Below, piece after piece: positions 19,559-30,149 of a DNA stretch of 64,000 nt; positions within the stretch are counted from its first letter, which is position 1; the number at the start of each line of letters is the position of its first letter. This DNA is from an uncultured Candidatus Saccharibacteria bacterium. Its GTDB lineage: Bacteria > Patescibacteriota > UBA1384 > JAMDBS01 > CAYSHH01. Under the pieces are notes generated by a model. That model saw only the letters and a program-made list of their open reading frames with translations. It was not told the DNA's origin and did not search any database. Made by a program: the position numbers and the translations under genes. The stretch lies in assembly GCA_964430945.1 (NCBI GenBank), contig CAYSHH010000004.1:334-64333 (forward strand), in the 5' to 3' direction.

Positions 19559-20188
19559 TTAGACTATGTAGGCAGAGGCAAAGTCCAACCCGAATTGCCA
19601 ATCGTTTTCTTCTTCATAGTCTAATTCAAATTCTCCCGTCTCTACTCTATGCACAAAATAGAGAATATTAGACTTATTACCGTCCACAATCAGTCTGGCC
19701 CCATTACAACCGATCCAAGTTTCGGGATCGTCTAATCGATCCTCATGAGCGATGAGGTGGATTCCCACCTCATATGGACCAAGAAAAATTTCATTTTGGC
19801 TGAGTTCTCTTTTCTTGTCCCTTTCCATATTTGTTTCCATACAATAACTAGAAGGGACAATAATTACCCGCTTATTTTTTTGTTTTTTCTGATAATGCTT
19901 ATACATGCGCATGAGATCGGTCGACGGGGAGATTATTTTTTGAGTTGTTGAAAATGTTTCGAGAATATTGAAAAAATCTGAGAACAGGATTCGATCAATA
20001 ATCGAAGCCACCCTGTTTGTTGCCTCTTCGTATGTTGCACCCAGCATCGACCAAACCGGGATGCAAGCTAATCCCTCAGCTTGTACTGGTTGGTTAGTTT
20101 TTATTATTTCCAGAGAAATTCCTCTCAGTTCTGGGAAATAACTTCCCAAAATATTGATTTGCTCGCCTAAGCTTTTCATTATAGCCAT
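19559..20188 (-). CDS. Hypothetical protein
   Basis: Long ORF; GAGGT RBS before ATG 20188 (track start 20209); has its own promoter and terminator. Confidence 0.7.
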   Translation of the reverse strand: MAIMKSLGEQINILGSYFPELRGISLEIIKTNQPVQAEGLACIPVWSMLGATYEEATNRVASIIDRILFSDFFNILETFSTTQKIISPSTDLMRMYKHYQKKQKNKRVIIVPSSYCMETNMERDKKRELSQNEIFLGPYEVGIHLIAHEDRLDDPETWIGCNGARLIVDGNKSNILYFVHRVETGEFELDYEEENDWQFGLDFASAYIV

Positions 20189-20327
20189 TTTTCTTACCTC
20201 TTTATGCAATAGTCCTTCGAAAGATTAATTCTCCCAAAAGCCCAGCTGAATATTTATTGCTAAATCGTAAATACTCAACTGATCGTATGGGAGAAAATAT
20301 TTTTAAGATACAATCATGAACTCAACT

Positions 20328-20356
20328 AAAATACACAAATTTCTCTGTTTTGTCAA
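20328..20356 (-). promoter_or_regulatory. sigma70-like promoter
   Basis: TTGACA-17-TATTTT on the minus strand. Confidence 0.55.
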
Positions 20357-20528
20357 TTTGGTCAAAATATATTTTTCTTGTTCAATCTAAAGTCTCTTGG
20401 TTTTTATAGAAAGTCATTCTAATTTTCATTGCTTCTTATACCCTAAAAATGCTATAATCAAACTGAAATTACTTCGGTTTTTTTATTGTTACCAAAACAT
20501 TATTTACCAGCAGATTATTCTTACAAAT

Positions 20529-22007
20529 ATGAAAGAAGATCGAGAAAAAATTAGTTACACCAAAAAAGTCGCTTACAATACTTTTATCCAAATTATTGGA
20601 AAGATTATTACTACTGCAACTTCATTGGTACTTATTGCGGCCCTTACCAGATATCTAGGTGTTTATGGCTATGGACAATACACTACAATATTTTCTTATG
20701 TTTCATTTGTAGCTGTATTTGCCGATCTTGGTTTCTTCTGGATAATGGTGCGTGAACTTTCAAAGCCCGATACGGATCACGAAGATATTTTCAATAATAT
20801 TATGACATTAAGATCGTGTCTTGGTCTTATTGTCTTTATTTTAGGTTTCTTGATTTGTCTTCTTATACCTTCATATAGTCCTGTTATAAAATACGGTATC
20901 GGTGTGACATCACTAAGTTGGTTTTTTATCACAGTAAATTCTACATACGTTGGTCTTTTCCAGTCACGTCACAAGATGGATCGAGCAACTATTTCTGAGA
21001 TCATTGGTAGATTGATAATCCTAGTTTTTGTTCTCTGGTTTATTAAGCTTGGTTATGGACTTTTGGCACTTGTATCGGCATATGCGATTGGAAATGTTGT
21101 CAATCTAATCGTTAGTATGTTCTTTGGTGCCAAATTTCTTAAATTCAAATTTAAATTTAATATCCCAACGTGGAAAAAAATGTTTGCCGAGGCCTGGCCG
21201 ATAGGTGTAATATTGGTATTTCATGTAATTTATCTTCGAGTCGATTCGGTAATGCTTTCAATCATGAAAACACCAGAAGATGTTGGTATCTACGGAGCGC
21301 CATATAAAATACTTGAAATATTGATATTAATTCCTGGTATTTTTATGGGCAATGTCTTTCCGATAATTACCAAGTATTTTCATGAGAAATCTGACAAAGT
21401 TTATGATGCTATCCAAAAAGCATTTGATTTCCTCTCAACTCTTGCCTTGCCAGTCGTAGTTGGAGTCTTCATGCTTGCTACTCCAATTGTTGCTTTTGTA
21501 GCTGGAGATAAATTCCTTACAAGCTCTACCATCGGAGATTTTATGGGGCATTATGCCAATTCTGCTTTGACTTTACAGATTTTGATATTTGCAACTGGTA
21601 TTATATTTTTCTCAAATATTTTCAATTCAGTAGCATACTCTATCGGCAAACAAAAGAGCCTTGTTTGGCCCAATGTAATATTTGCATTAGCCAACGTAGT
21701 TTTAAATCTCATATTTATTCCAAAGTATTCTTATATCGGAGCAAGTATCGCTACGGTAGTTACCGAATTTACGGTGCTTTTAGTGATATATTTCATTGTT
21801 AGTAAAAATCTACCTAAGCTCAAAATTAATTTCGGAGTATTCCTTAAGGCAATTATCGCGTCAATTATCATGGGGATATTTATTTATTACTTTATCTATT
21901 TAAACATGTTCCTTGTGATCGGCGCATCAATACTCGTTTATTTTTCAGCCTTATATATACTTGGTGGATTTACTAAGGATACTATTCGAATGCTTGTGAG
22001 AAAATAA
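20529..22007 (+). CDS. Wzx-like polysaccharide flippase
   Basis: TRYLG-YGYGQY, ADLG, RVDSVML...VGIYG, LNLIFIPKYSYIGASIAT; start moved to ATG 20529. Confidence 0.92.
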   Translation: MKEDREKISYTKKVAYNTFIQIIGKIITTATSLVLIAALTRYLGVYGYGQYTTIFSYVSFVAVFADLGFFWIMVRELSKPDTDHEDIFNNIMTLRSCLGLIVFILGFLICLLIPSYSPVIKYGIGVTSLSWFFITVNSTYVGLFQSRHKMDRATISEIIGRLIILVFVLWFIKLGYGLLALVSAYAIGNVVNLIVSMFFGAKFLKFKFKFNIPTWKKMFAEAWPIGVILVFHVIYLRVDSVMLSIMKTPEDVGIYGAPYKILEILILIPGIFMGNVFPIITKYFHEKSDKVYDAIQKAFDFLSTLALPVVVGVFMLATPIVAFVAGDKFLTSSTIGDFMGHYANSALTLQILIFATGIIFFSNIFNSVAYSIGKQKSLVWPNVIFALANVVLNLIFIPKYSYIGASIATVVTEFTVLLVIYFIVSKNLPKLKINFGVFLKAIIASIIMGIFIYYFIYLNMFLVIGASILVYFSALYILGGFTKDTIRMLVRK

Positions 22008-22077
22008 TATTAGAATAAAATATTTATTAATTGATCTATATTAAGTCGTAAAACAAGATCAGTGGGACATATTACAT

Positions 22078-23154
22078 ATGAAAATAGGTATCGATATTCA
22101 AACAACATTAGGACAAAAAACAGGATTTGGTTTTTATGTTGAAAATCTCGTGAATCATCTAAAAAAATACAATCACAAAAACACTTATAAACTCTATAAA
22201 CCAGATTCAACAACTGATTTTAATGCCCCAAAACGTTTCCGTTGGGATCAATTTACATTTCCCGGAATGGCCAAAAAAGATCATGTCGATATTCTCCACC
22301 AACCATGCTTTTCGGCTCCAGTATTTTATAGTGGAAAAATAGTTGTAACAATCCATGATCTGATTGCTATAAAATTTGGCCAAGATATTCCCCTATACTC
22401 TCGCCAATTCTTTGGTAAATGGATGCCATTTTCATATCGTTTTGCAGATCGTATCATTGCCATTTCTGAGCATACAAAAAAGGATATTATTGATATACTA
22501 AAAATTCCCGAAGAAAAAATAACTGTGATTTATGAGGCAGCCGATGAAGCATGTAAATACGTTGCTGACCAAAAAATTATCGATAGTGTAAAATCAAAAT
22601 ACGGTATCAGTGGAAATTATCTTATCCATATTGGCACGATAAACCCCAGAAAAAATCTTGAGTTTTTGATCAAAGTATTTTCTGAAGTTGTCAAAAAACA
22701 CCACGATCTCAAGCTAGTCATTACTGGTAAAAAAGGGTGGTATTACGAAGGTCTTTTTAAATTAGTTGAAGAACTTAGTCTCAAAAAAAACGTGATATTT
22801 ACTGGATACATTGAAGATGACGAGAAACCCGCTCTCTATACTGGCGCAAAAATATTTCTTTTTCCATCTCTCTATGAAGGTTTTGGACTTCCAATTCTCG
22901 AATCAATGGCTTGTCATACACCAGTGATCTCATCAAATACTTCTTCACTTCCTGAACTAATCGGAGATGCTGGAATAAAAATTAGCCCCCACAAAAAAGA
23001 CCAATGGGTACAGTCAATTAACAAACTTCTTGCCAATGAAGAATATCGCCAAGAACTGGTAGCTAAATCACTAGTACAACTTAAAAAATTTTCTTGGGAC
23101 AAATGCGCTAAAGAAACCATAAAAGTTTACGAAGATCTATATCATGACAAATAA
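22078..23154 (+). CDS. GT4 glycosyltransferase (mannosyltransferase-like)
   Basis: TIHDL, PRKN, FPSLYEGFGLPILESMAC. Confidence 0.95.
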   Translation: MKIGIDIQTTLGQKTGFGFYVENLVNHLKKYNHKNTYKLYKPDSTTDFNAPKRFRWDQFTFPGMAKKDHVDILHQPCFSAPVFYSGKIVVTIHDLIAIKFGQDIPLYSRQFFGKWMPFSYRFADRIIAISEHTKKDIIDILKIPEEKITVIYEAADEACKYVADQKIIDSVKSKYGISGNYLIHIGTINPRKNLEFLIKVFSEVVKKHHDLKLVITGKKGWYYEGLFKLVEELSLKKNVIFTGYIEDDEKPALYTGAKIFLFPSLYEGFGLPILESMACHTPVISSNTSSLPELIGDAGIKISPHKKDQWVQSINKLLANEEYRQELVAKSLVQLKKFSWDKCAKETIKVYEDLYHDK

Positions 23155-24274
23155 ACCAAAATTAATAATTGTTACAGAAGGGCTTAGAAGAGATAATCAA
23201 AAACCTCTTCAATATTTTTATAAAATAAATGTTACTCATCTTTATGAATCTGCTCCATATGGTAATGAGACAAAAGAAGATTTAAAAGGTGCTATCAAAT
23301 TTTCTGGCGCCCAGGATCTTTATAATAAATTATTAAAATTTAAGCCAGACATAATCCAAGGTCCCGAACCATATGGATCACGCAAAATGTTTATGTATTC
23401 AATAGCATCATATAGGGCTGCCAAAAAACTTAAAGTTCCATTGATTTTTCCTTTCTGGGAAAACAGGCCACCCGAAAAAAGATTTAATTGGGCACAAAGA
23501 GTGATAGTTAACTTATTTGCTAAAATTTATATCAACTATGCATCTCTTGTGATTTATATAAATAATGGTGCTCTAAAAAATATTAAAGCGCTTGGTATAA
23601 AAGACAAGACAAAATTGGTCAAATTCCTTTGGGGAACATGGGGAGTAGATGTTGATGAATTTAAGCCATCGAAAACAACTATAAAAAACAAAGTTCAAGA
23701 TAAGACAATCCTTTACGTTGGGCGCATTGTCAGAGAAAAGGGTATTCAGTATCTTCTTGAGGCATTTTCCAAAGTACACAAACAATTTCCCAAAACCAAG
23801 TTGCTCATCATTGGTTCAGGTGATATGAAGGACTATGTCGAAGAATTTCGTACAAAAAAACATCTAGAAAACAGCATTATTCTAAAAAGACCGGTAAAAA
23901 ATGAAGATATTCCAATCTATTATCAAAATGCCACAATATTTTGTTCCCCAGCTATTACTATTTCTTGGTGGGCAGAACAGGTCGGCATGACCAATATCCA
24001 AGCTATGGCCTGTGGTACACCAGTAGTCTCGACCAATTCAGGAGGTATTCCAGAATATGTTCCCAATAAAATTACTGGATTTCTAGTACCAGAGAAAGAT
24101 TCTTCTCGACTTGCCTCGGCCATGATACGACTTCTTGATGATGACGAACTAAGAAATAAGATTTCTCAACAATGTGTGGCTTACGCTAGGCAACACTATG
24201 ATGCACAAAAAAATATCCATAAAGCACAAAATATGATATTGGAGATATTAAGAAATGAAAAACATAAAAAATAA
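23144..24274 (+). CDS. GT4 glycosyltransferase
   Basis: LYVGRIVREKG, EQVGMTNIQAMACGTPVV, GGIPE. Confidence 0.92.
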   Translation: MTNKPKLIIVTEGLRRDNQKPLQYFYKINVTHLYESAPYGNETKEDLKGAIKFSGAQDLYNKLLKFKPDIIQGPEPYGSRKMFMYSIASYRAAKKLKVPLIFPFWENRPPEKRFNWAQRVIVNLFAKIYINYASLVIYINNGALKNIKALGIKDKTKLVKFLWGTWGVDVDEFKPSKTTIKNKVQDKTILYVGRIVREKGIQYLLEAFSKVHKQFPKTKLLIIGSGDMKDYVEEFRTKKHLENSIILKRPVKNEDIPIYYQNATIFCSPAITISWWAEQVGMTNIQAMACGTPVVSTNSGGIPEYVPNKITGFLVPEKDSSRLASAMIRLLDDDELRNKISQQCVAYARQHYDAQKNIHKAQNMILEILRNEKHKK

Positions 24275-25673
24275 TTGGTTTTACTTTCTCTTAAGTGCGG
24301 TATTTGCACTAATTTTTGGATACATTCTCGCGATGTACAACATTTACGCAATTTTTGTATTAGTTGGTATTATTGGATTTTTTGTCATTACTCACTATGT
24401 TTTTAAAAACCCATTCACAGGACTTCTTATGATTTTCTTTTTTCTTCCTTTTACTAGAATTCCAAATATTGATATCGGACCAATAAGTTTACAGATCAAT
24501 CAGCTTGTAGGATTGATCACGCTTCTTGCGTTTGCTCTTTCTGTTTTAGTCAACAAAGAAAAAATCCGTTCTTTCGCACTCACTTGGCCACTTATTTTTT
24601 TCTGGACAGCTCTAATAATCTCACTCTTTTTTACTGGTGATATTTCTCGCTCACTCACCGTACTAATATTTGTCATCTTTACGTCACTTTTTTCAATATT
24701 ACCTAATCAATATATTGACAATAAAGAAAAACTAGAAAAAGTAATTATCATACTTTTTTGGTCGACACTCATGGTTTGTATATTTGGCATATTTCAGTTT
24801 CTCGGAGATGTGATTGGCCTGCCCACATCAATTACTGGGCTTAGAGAAGGATATACTAGTGCGGTCTTTGGATTTCCTCGTGTCCAAGCATTTTCTATCG
24901 AACCATTATATCTAGGAAATTATTTATTATTTCCACTTAGTATATTTTTGGCCCTTTTTCTAACTCGCACCAGGGTCAAATTTCTTACTAGACCGATTCT
25001 TTTTGGGATCATATTTTTAATCCTTCTTATCATTGCTCTTACTGTTTCTCGTGGAGCTTATCTTGCGCTTGGAATTATGATCATGGTTATGTTTATTTTT
25101 ATGGCCAAAAAATTTATTACTCCAAAGATTATTACTGTTGCCGTGATTACTATACTCCTTGGTGGTACTGCCATAATTTGGTTTATAAATAAAGGTGAAG
25201 ATAAGGCTTATGATGAATTTATCAAGCATATCACGGTTGAAGATTTCTCCCAGGGAGAATCAGTTCAAGGAAGATTCATCGAATACGAACGAGCACTAGA
25301 GCTAGCCGAAGGCAATGAAACATTTGGCGTCGGAATTGGTGCTTATGGGGTGACTAAAAAAGGATTTCCAGACCACGATGATATATCTGATTACGATATC
25401 GTAAACAATCAATACATCGAACTTTTGACTGAAACAGGCTGGATTGGACTTGGTGCATTTGTATTTATGATTATTTTCATTGCTTGGCGAGGGATCATAG
25501 CTTTCTACAAATCTAAAGACCCACTTATAAAATACGTTCTTGTCGGACTTCTTGGCGCCTTTATTGCCACTATGTTTCAATACAATTTCTTCTCAACTCT
25601 CTATATCATTCCTATCTGGATCCTGATTGGCGTCTTTATAGCTGTGCAGAATTTAGGACTAGAAGATAAATAG
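24255..25673 (+). CDS. O-antigen ligase/Wzy-like membrane protein
   Basis: Polytopic; R-QAFS-EP, TVSRGA, FGVGIG, N-YIELL-ETGWIG. Confidence 0.88.
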   Translation: MKNIKNNWFYFLLSAVFALIFGYILAMYNIYAIFVLVGIIGFFVITHYVFKNPFTGLLMIFFFLPFTRIPNIDIGPISLQINQLVGLITLLAFALSVLVNKEKIRSFALTWPLIFFWTALIISLFFTGDISRSLTVLIFVIFTSLFSILPNQYIDNKEKLEKVIIILFWSTLMVCIFGIFQFLGDVIGLPTSITGLREGYTSAVFGFPRVQAFSIEPLYLGNYLLFPLSIFLALFLTRTRVKFLTRPILFGIIFLILLIIALTVSRGAYLALGIMIMVMFIFMAKKFITPKIITVAVITILLGGTAIIWFINKGEDKAYDEFIKHITVEDFSQGESVQGRFIEYERALELAEGNETFGVGIGAYGVTKKGFPDHDDISDYDIVNNQYIELLTETGWIGLGAFVFMIIFIAWRGIIAFYKSKDPLIKYVLVGLLGAFIATMFQYNFFSTLYIIPIWILIGVFIAVQNLGLEDK

Positions 25674-25692
25674 GAAATGAAAAATATTTGAC

Positions 25693-26316
25693 ATGAATAT
25701 CTATGAAATATTTCTAAAAATTATTTGGATTGTTGTAGCATTATCTTTGGTACCGATATGTACCTACACGATTTTCTATATAATAACTAGGCTTATAGCA
25801 CTCTTTACAATAATCGGTGGATCAATATCTGCAATTTTGGGATTTAATCATCAAAGTACAGACAAAAAAACAAAAAAAATTATTTTAAATATTGATAAAA
25901 TATTTTGGATAAGCGAGACTATATTGCTATTGGCAATCATAATATTTTATTTTTTCAAAGTGCAATACTCTTCTATCATGTTATATCTCGTAGGCGCGAT
26001 AATTGCTATTCACATAATTGTATCCATCATCGTTGGACTGATATACGGCCCAAAAATTAAAATACATTTTTTTAAAAACAACCAAAGGTGCAAGACATCA
26101 TTAAATAGTGACAAGATGGAAGAAGAACAAAAGAAAAAGGATGATGAGAAATATAAAACTGAGCTAGCATACGAAAAGAAATTCAAAAAAAGGTATGGAA
26201 AGATCGCTTGGGAATTGTACAACGATCTCAAAATACTTGGTTGTGTTTTTTATTTGATATATGGATTGTGGATGATGTTTAGTTACATGATTATTGATAT
26301 GATTGAAAGTGATTGA
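25693..26316 (+). CDS. Hypothetical membrane protein
   Basis: 4-5 TM segments with a charged loop. Confidence 0.65.
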   Translation: MNIYEIFLKIIWIVVALSLVPICTYTIFYIITRLIALFTIIGGSISAILGFNHQSTDKKTKKIILNIDKIFWISETILLLAIIIFYFFKVQYSSIMLYLVGAIIAIHIIVSIIVGLIYGPKIKIHFFKNNQRCKTSLNSDKMEEEQKKKDDEKYKTELAYEKKFKKRYGKIAWELYNDLKILGCVFYLIYGLWMMFSYMIIDMIESD

Positions 26317-26404
26317 TAAATCACCAAATATTGTGCAAATCCCGAAACAAGAATCCATTTTAAAATAAAATAATCACTGAGCACATAAAAAATGTTAAAT
26401 AATC

Positions 26405-26434
26405 AAAAGTACACCCCGCGGGGTGTACTTTTTT
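26405..26434. terminator. Perfect 28-bp palindrome, probable bidirectional terminator
   Basis: AAAAGTACACCCCG|CGGGGTGTACTTTT followed by more T. Confidence 0.7.
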
Positions 26435-26783
26435 GGGTTAGGAAATTAAGGAATCGGTTGAAAATATAACAGGTTGGGAGTATGATTTAGATATGTTATT
26501 TAGACAAAGTAAGAAGTCTGGTAAACCAGCTAAGATGATGAAATTAGAATCGATCAAAGAGCTTAGTTTTGATTTGGAAAAAGATATCCAAACTCTTACA
26601 GAAAAAACTCTGCCGAGATAAAAAATTGAATTAATCTGAAAAAATAAAAAAACAAGGACCTAAAATGTCAAAAGATCAGAAAGCCAAACAAAAACCAAAC
26701 TTGTCCACATAGTTAATAATTTATTATTTGATATAATATATTATATACATACCCGGAAGTCGTGAGTATTGTAGGAGGGAAAA

Positions 26784-27821
26784 ATGAAAAAATATACGGT
26801 TGTTGATTTGTTTTCAGGATCTGGAGGTTTGTCTCTTGGTTTTGAACAAGTCGGATTTAAAAATGTATTTTCAGTAGATTTTATGAAAGATTATTGTGAT
26901 ACTTATAGAAAAAATTTCCCTCATCATAAATTAATCCAAAAAGATATAAGTAAAATATCTGATAAAGAAATATTGAAATTATCTAAAAATAAAGAGATTA
27001 ATGTTGTTGTTGGAGGTCCTCCTTGTCAAGGATTTAGTATGGCTGGAAAAATAGGCAGAACTTTTGTTGATGATCCTAGAAACCATTTATTTAAGGAATT
27101 TGCAAGAATAGTTTCGCTAACTAAACCTAAAATTTTTGTTATGGAAAATGTAGCAAGATTATATACACATAACAATGGAAAAACTAGGAAAGAAATTATT
27201 GATAAATTTCATCAATTAGGTTATGAAGTTAAATGTAAAATTTTATGTTCTGCTGATTATGGTGTACCTCAAATTAGAAATAGAATTATTTTTATTGGTA
27301 ATAGATTAGGACTAAAAAATACTTTTCCTGAAAAAACATACAATAAGGATACACAAACCACAATCGGAAATAAAAAAATAAAAAAATGGAAATCAATCAA
27401 AGAAGCAATAGATGATTTACCCAAACTTAAATCAGGAGAAAGTTCAGATATTCCTAATCACGAAGCTATGTCACACACACAAGAGATGTTAAATAAGATG
27501 GATTTTATTAAAGATGGTGGAGATAGAAATCAAATTCCTATTAATCTTAGACCTAAAACAGGAGATATAAGAAAATATATTAAATATAATAGTTCAAAAC
27601 CTTCAATTTGTATCACAGGAGATATGAGAAAAGTCTTTCACTATAATCAAAATAGAGCTTTAACTGTTAGAGAATTGGCGAGAATTCAATCATTTCCAGA
27701 TTCCTTTGTCTTTAATGGAAATAAGATTTCACAACAACAACAAGTAGGAAATGCGGTTCCTCCGTTAATGGCTAAAGCCATTGCAGAAGGAATAAAAGAG
27801 ATGTTAAAACAAAATGAATAA
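26784..27821 (+). CDS. DNA (cytosine-5) methyltransferase
   Basis: DLFSGSGG, GGPPCQGFS, ENV, QIRNR, RELARIQSFPD, QVGNAVPP; AGGAGG RBS. Confidence 0.97.
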   Translation: MKKYTVVDLFSGSGGLSLGFEQVGFKNVFSVDFMKDYCDTYRKNFPHHKLIQKDISKISDKEILKLSKNKEINVVVGGPPCQGFSMAGKIGRTFVDDPRNHLFKEFARIVSLTKPKIFVMENVARLYTHNNGKTRKEIIDKFHQLGYEVKCKILCSADYGVPQIRNRIIFIGNRLGLKNTFPEKTYNKDTQTTIGNKKIKKWKSIKEAIDDLPKLKSGESSDIPNHEAMSHTQEMLNKMDFIKDGGDRNQIPINLRPKTGDIRKYIKYNSSKPSICITGDMRKVFHYNQNRALTVRELARIQSFPDSFVFNGNKISQQQQVGNAVPPLMAKAIAEGIKEMLKQNE

Positions 27822-28821
27822 ATTACCTAAAATAAATTTTATTGGAAATAAAGAAAAAATTGTCGATTGGATTTGTGATAATATTCCAAAAAATGTTAAT
27901 TCCGTATTTGATGCTTTTTCAGGTGGTGCTTCAGTTAGTTTTGAAGCAAAAAAAAGAGGATTTAAAGTTTTAAGTAATGATATATTAGAAATCAATTATT
28001 TACTTTCAAAAGCACTGATTGAAAATAATAAAATCACTCTTAATGAAAAAGATATCAAAACTATTTTTTCAGGTAATCCAGTAAAGGGATTTATGTATAA
28101 AAATTATTCGGAAGTTTATTTCTTCTCAGAAGAGTGTATGGAACTAGATTTGTATCGAAAAAATATTGAAAAATTAGATTCAGATTATAAAAAAGCTTTA
28201 GCTTTCTCTTTGATTAGAAGGTCAATGATTAGAAAAATGCCCTATTCGAGATTTACTCTTCCGTGGGATAAGATTAAACAATTAAGAGATGAAGAATATA
28301 GTTATAAAAAATATAAACGAAGAAGAGCCTATCACAATCAAAGTTTTAAAGAACATTTTTTAGATAATCTTAACGAGTACAATAAAGCAATTTTTGATAA
28401 TAAGAAAGATAATAAAGCGTTTAATTCAGACATTTTTCAATTAATACCGAAGATTAATGCTGATTTAATTTATCTCGATCCTCCATACACTGGAACAATG
28501 AATAATTATTTTGGTTTTTATGGTCTTATAGATGAATATTTGAAACAGAAAAAATTAAAGCCTTTTGAAAATGATTTTATTGATAAAAATATAGCATTGG
28601 ATTTATTTGATAATTTATTCTCTAAGTTAGGAAAATACAAATATTGGTTTTTGAGTTATAATAATTCTTCATATCCAACTAAAGAACAATTACTTAGTTT
28701 ATTGAAGAAATATTCCAAAGATGTTAAGGTAATAGAACGAAAACATAATTATCAAGTAACAGGAAAAACAAAGAAGACTAAAAATAAAGAATATTTATTT
28801 ATTGTTAAAACAAAGAAGTAA
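27814..28821 (+). CDS. DNA adenine-N6 methyltransferase (alpha class)
   Basis: NFIGNK, DAFSGGASV, YLDPPY, LSYN; overlaps the C5 MTase stop. Confidence 0.95.
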   Translation: MNKLPKINFIGNKEKIVDWICDNIPKNVNSVFDAFSGGASVSFEAKKRGFKVLSNDILEINYLLSKALIENNKITLNEKDIKTIFSGNPVKGFMYKNYSEVYFFSEECMELDLYRKNIEKLDSDYKKALAFSLIRRSMIRKMPYSRFTLPWDKIKQLRDEEYSYKKYKRRRAYHNQSFKEHFLDNLNEYNKAIFDNKKDNKAFNSDIFQLIPKINADLIYLDPPYTGTMNNYFGFYGLIDEYLKQKKLKPFENDFIDKNIALDLFDNLFSKLGKYKYWFLSYNNSSYPTKEQLLSLLKKYSKDVKVIERKHNYQVTGKTKKTKNKEYLFIVKTKK

Positions 28822-28822
28822 A

Positions 28823-29902
28823 ATGACAAAATCAAAAAAACAAATATATGAGAATTATTGGAGTATAACTCTTGCATATACTGATTTAAATTCTAAAAAG
28901 TTTATTGAGACTTTAAGGGCAATTGTTAATTTTATTGATTCTCACAATACTTTAAAATTTGATTCTAGAATGTATCAAGATCTACAAGAAGAAGTAGGAG
29001 AAGTAAATGGTTTGTCTGGAACTTCATTAAGAAAAAGTATTAATCAATTTGTTAAGTTGGGTTTTATAAATTATAAATTACATTCATATCACAAAGATTG
29101 TAAAATATTTCTAGAAGCTAGAGCTTGTAGAAAAAGAAGAACGATATTTTCCAAAATTGTTTACGAAAATTCTTCATTTAATAGAGATATAACTAAAGAT
29201 TCTCAAGAAAGAGAAGTAAACTTTTTATTGAAGACTCTAGAAGAAGTTGGGCAATTAAGGAAAGAAGATATTGCTGCATTAATGACTCAAAAAATTAGTG
29301 AATATCCAAAGGGATATCTAACCGAAGAAGAATTGGAAGATGCAAAACAAAACGCAAATGAAATAAAATTTTATGAAAGAAAATATAATCAAGTAAGTCA
29401 TCTTAGAACAGTCTTAAGTAAACTTGATGATTTAGTTATGGTATCTGGAACAATATATTTTGAAGAAGATGCAAAAGTTGCATTTGGAGAAGATTTTAAA
29501 GCTCAACTTAGAGTAAGGGATAATTATTTACATAGACTATACAAAAATCAGCTTAAAGAAGAATCTGAAGAAAGAGAAGGAGAAATTATGTGTATGGTAG
29601 AATTGTTAGATTATCCTTCATTAGTTGCTAGTCATATTAAACCATTCATAAAATCAAATGATGAAGAAGCATATGACCCTGAAAATGGTTTATTACTCAG
29701 CAGAAATATGGATGTTTTATTTGACCAAGGTTATATTTCTTTTACAGATGAAGGAAAAATTATTCTATCCAAAGAGCTTTCAGAAGATTTAAAAGAGTTT
29801 TTAAAAGATTATGGTTTAAAGAAAATATACTTAACAAAAAAGAGATTGAAATTTTTAAAATTCCATAGGCAAAGAGTGTTTAAAAAAAATAATTTTACAT
29901 AA
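28823..29902 (+). CDS. HNH restriction endonuclease (HphI-like type IIS)
   Basis: C-terminal LVASHIKP...DPENGLLL...D-LFDQGYISF; follows two MTases. Confidence 0.88.
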   Translation: MTKSKKQIYENYWSITLAYTDLNSKKFIETLRAIVNFIDSHNTLKFDSRMYQDLQEEVGEVNGLSGTSLRKSINQFVKLGFINYKLHSYHKDCKIFLEARACRKRRTIFSKIVYENSSFNRDITKDSQEREVNFLLKTLEEVGQLRKEDIAALMTQKISEYPKGYLTEEELEDAKQNANEIKFYERKYNQVSHLRTVLSKLDDLVMVSGTIYFEEDAKVAFGEDFKAQLRVRDNYLHRLYKNQLKEESEEREGEIMCMVELLDYPSLVASHIKPFIKSNDEEAYDPENGLLLSRNMDVLFDQGYISFTDEGKIILSKELSEDLKEFLKDYGLKKIYLTKKRLKFLKFHRQRVFKKNNFT

Positions 29903-30149
29903 AGATAAAGCACAAGAAATTTTTACTTTATCTGCATATCACTATTTTGGTAGAAAACAGACAGAGGAAAAAATCATGGGTAAAAGATCGTATTCTAAGT
30001 ATGCTTGAAGACACAATGTATGTACGCCTTAAAACAACTCTAAACAATAAAATTGAACCAGATGACCAACATTGGCAAAAAAAAGGAAAATCGTATTATA
30101 AATTTTTAAAAAATATTATGAACAAATCCCATTATTAATATAGGAAAAA

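Noticed and set aside
29947-30138. 63-aa ORF between the HNH gene and the Type IIG relic
   Set aside because: TTG start, no RBS and no recognisable motif; probably debris
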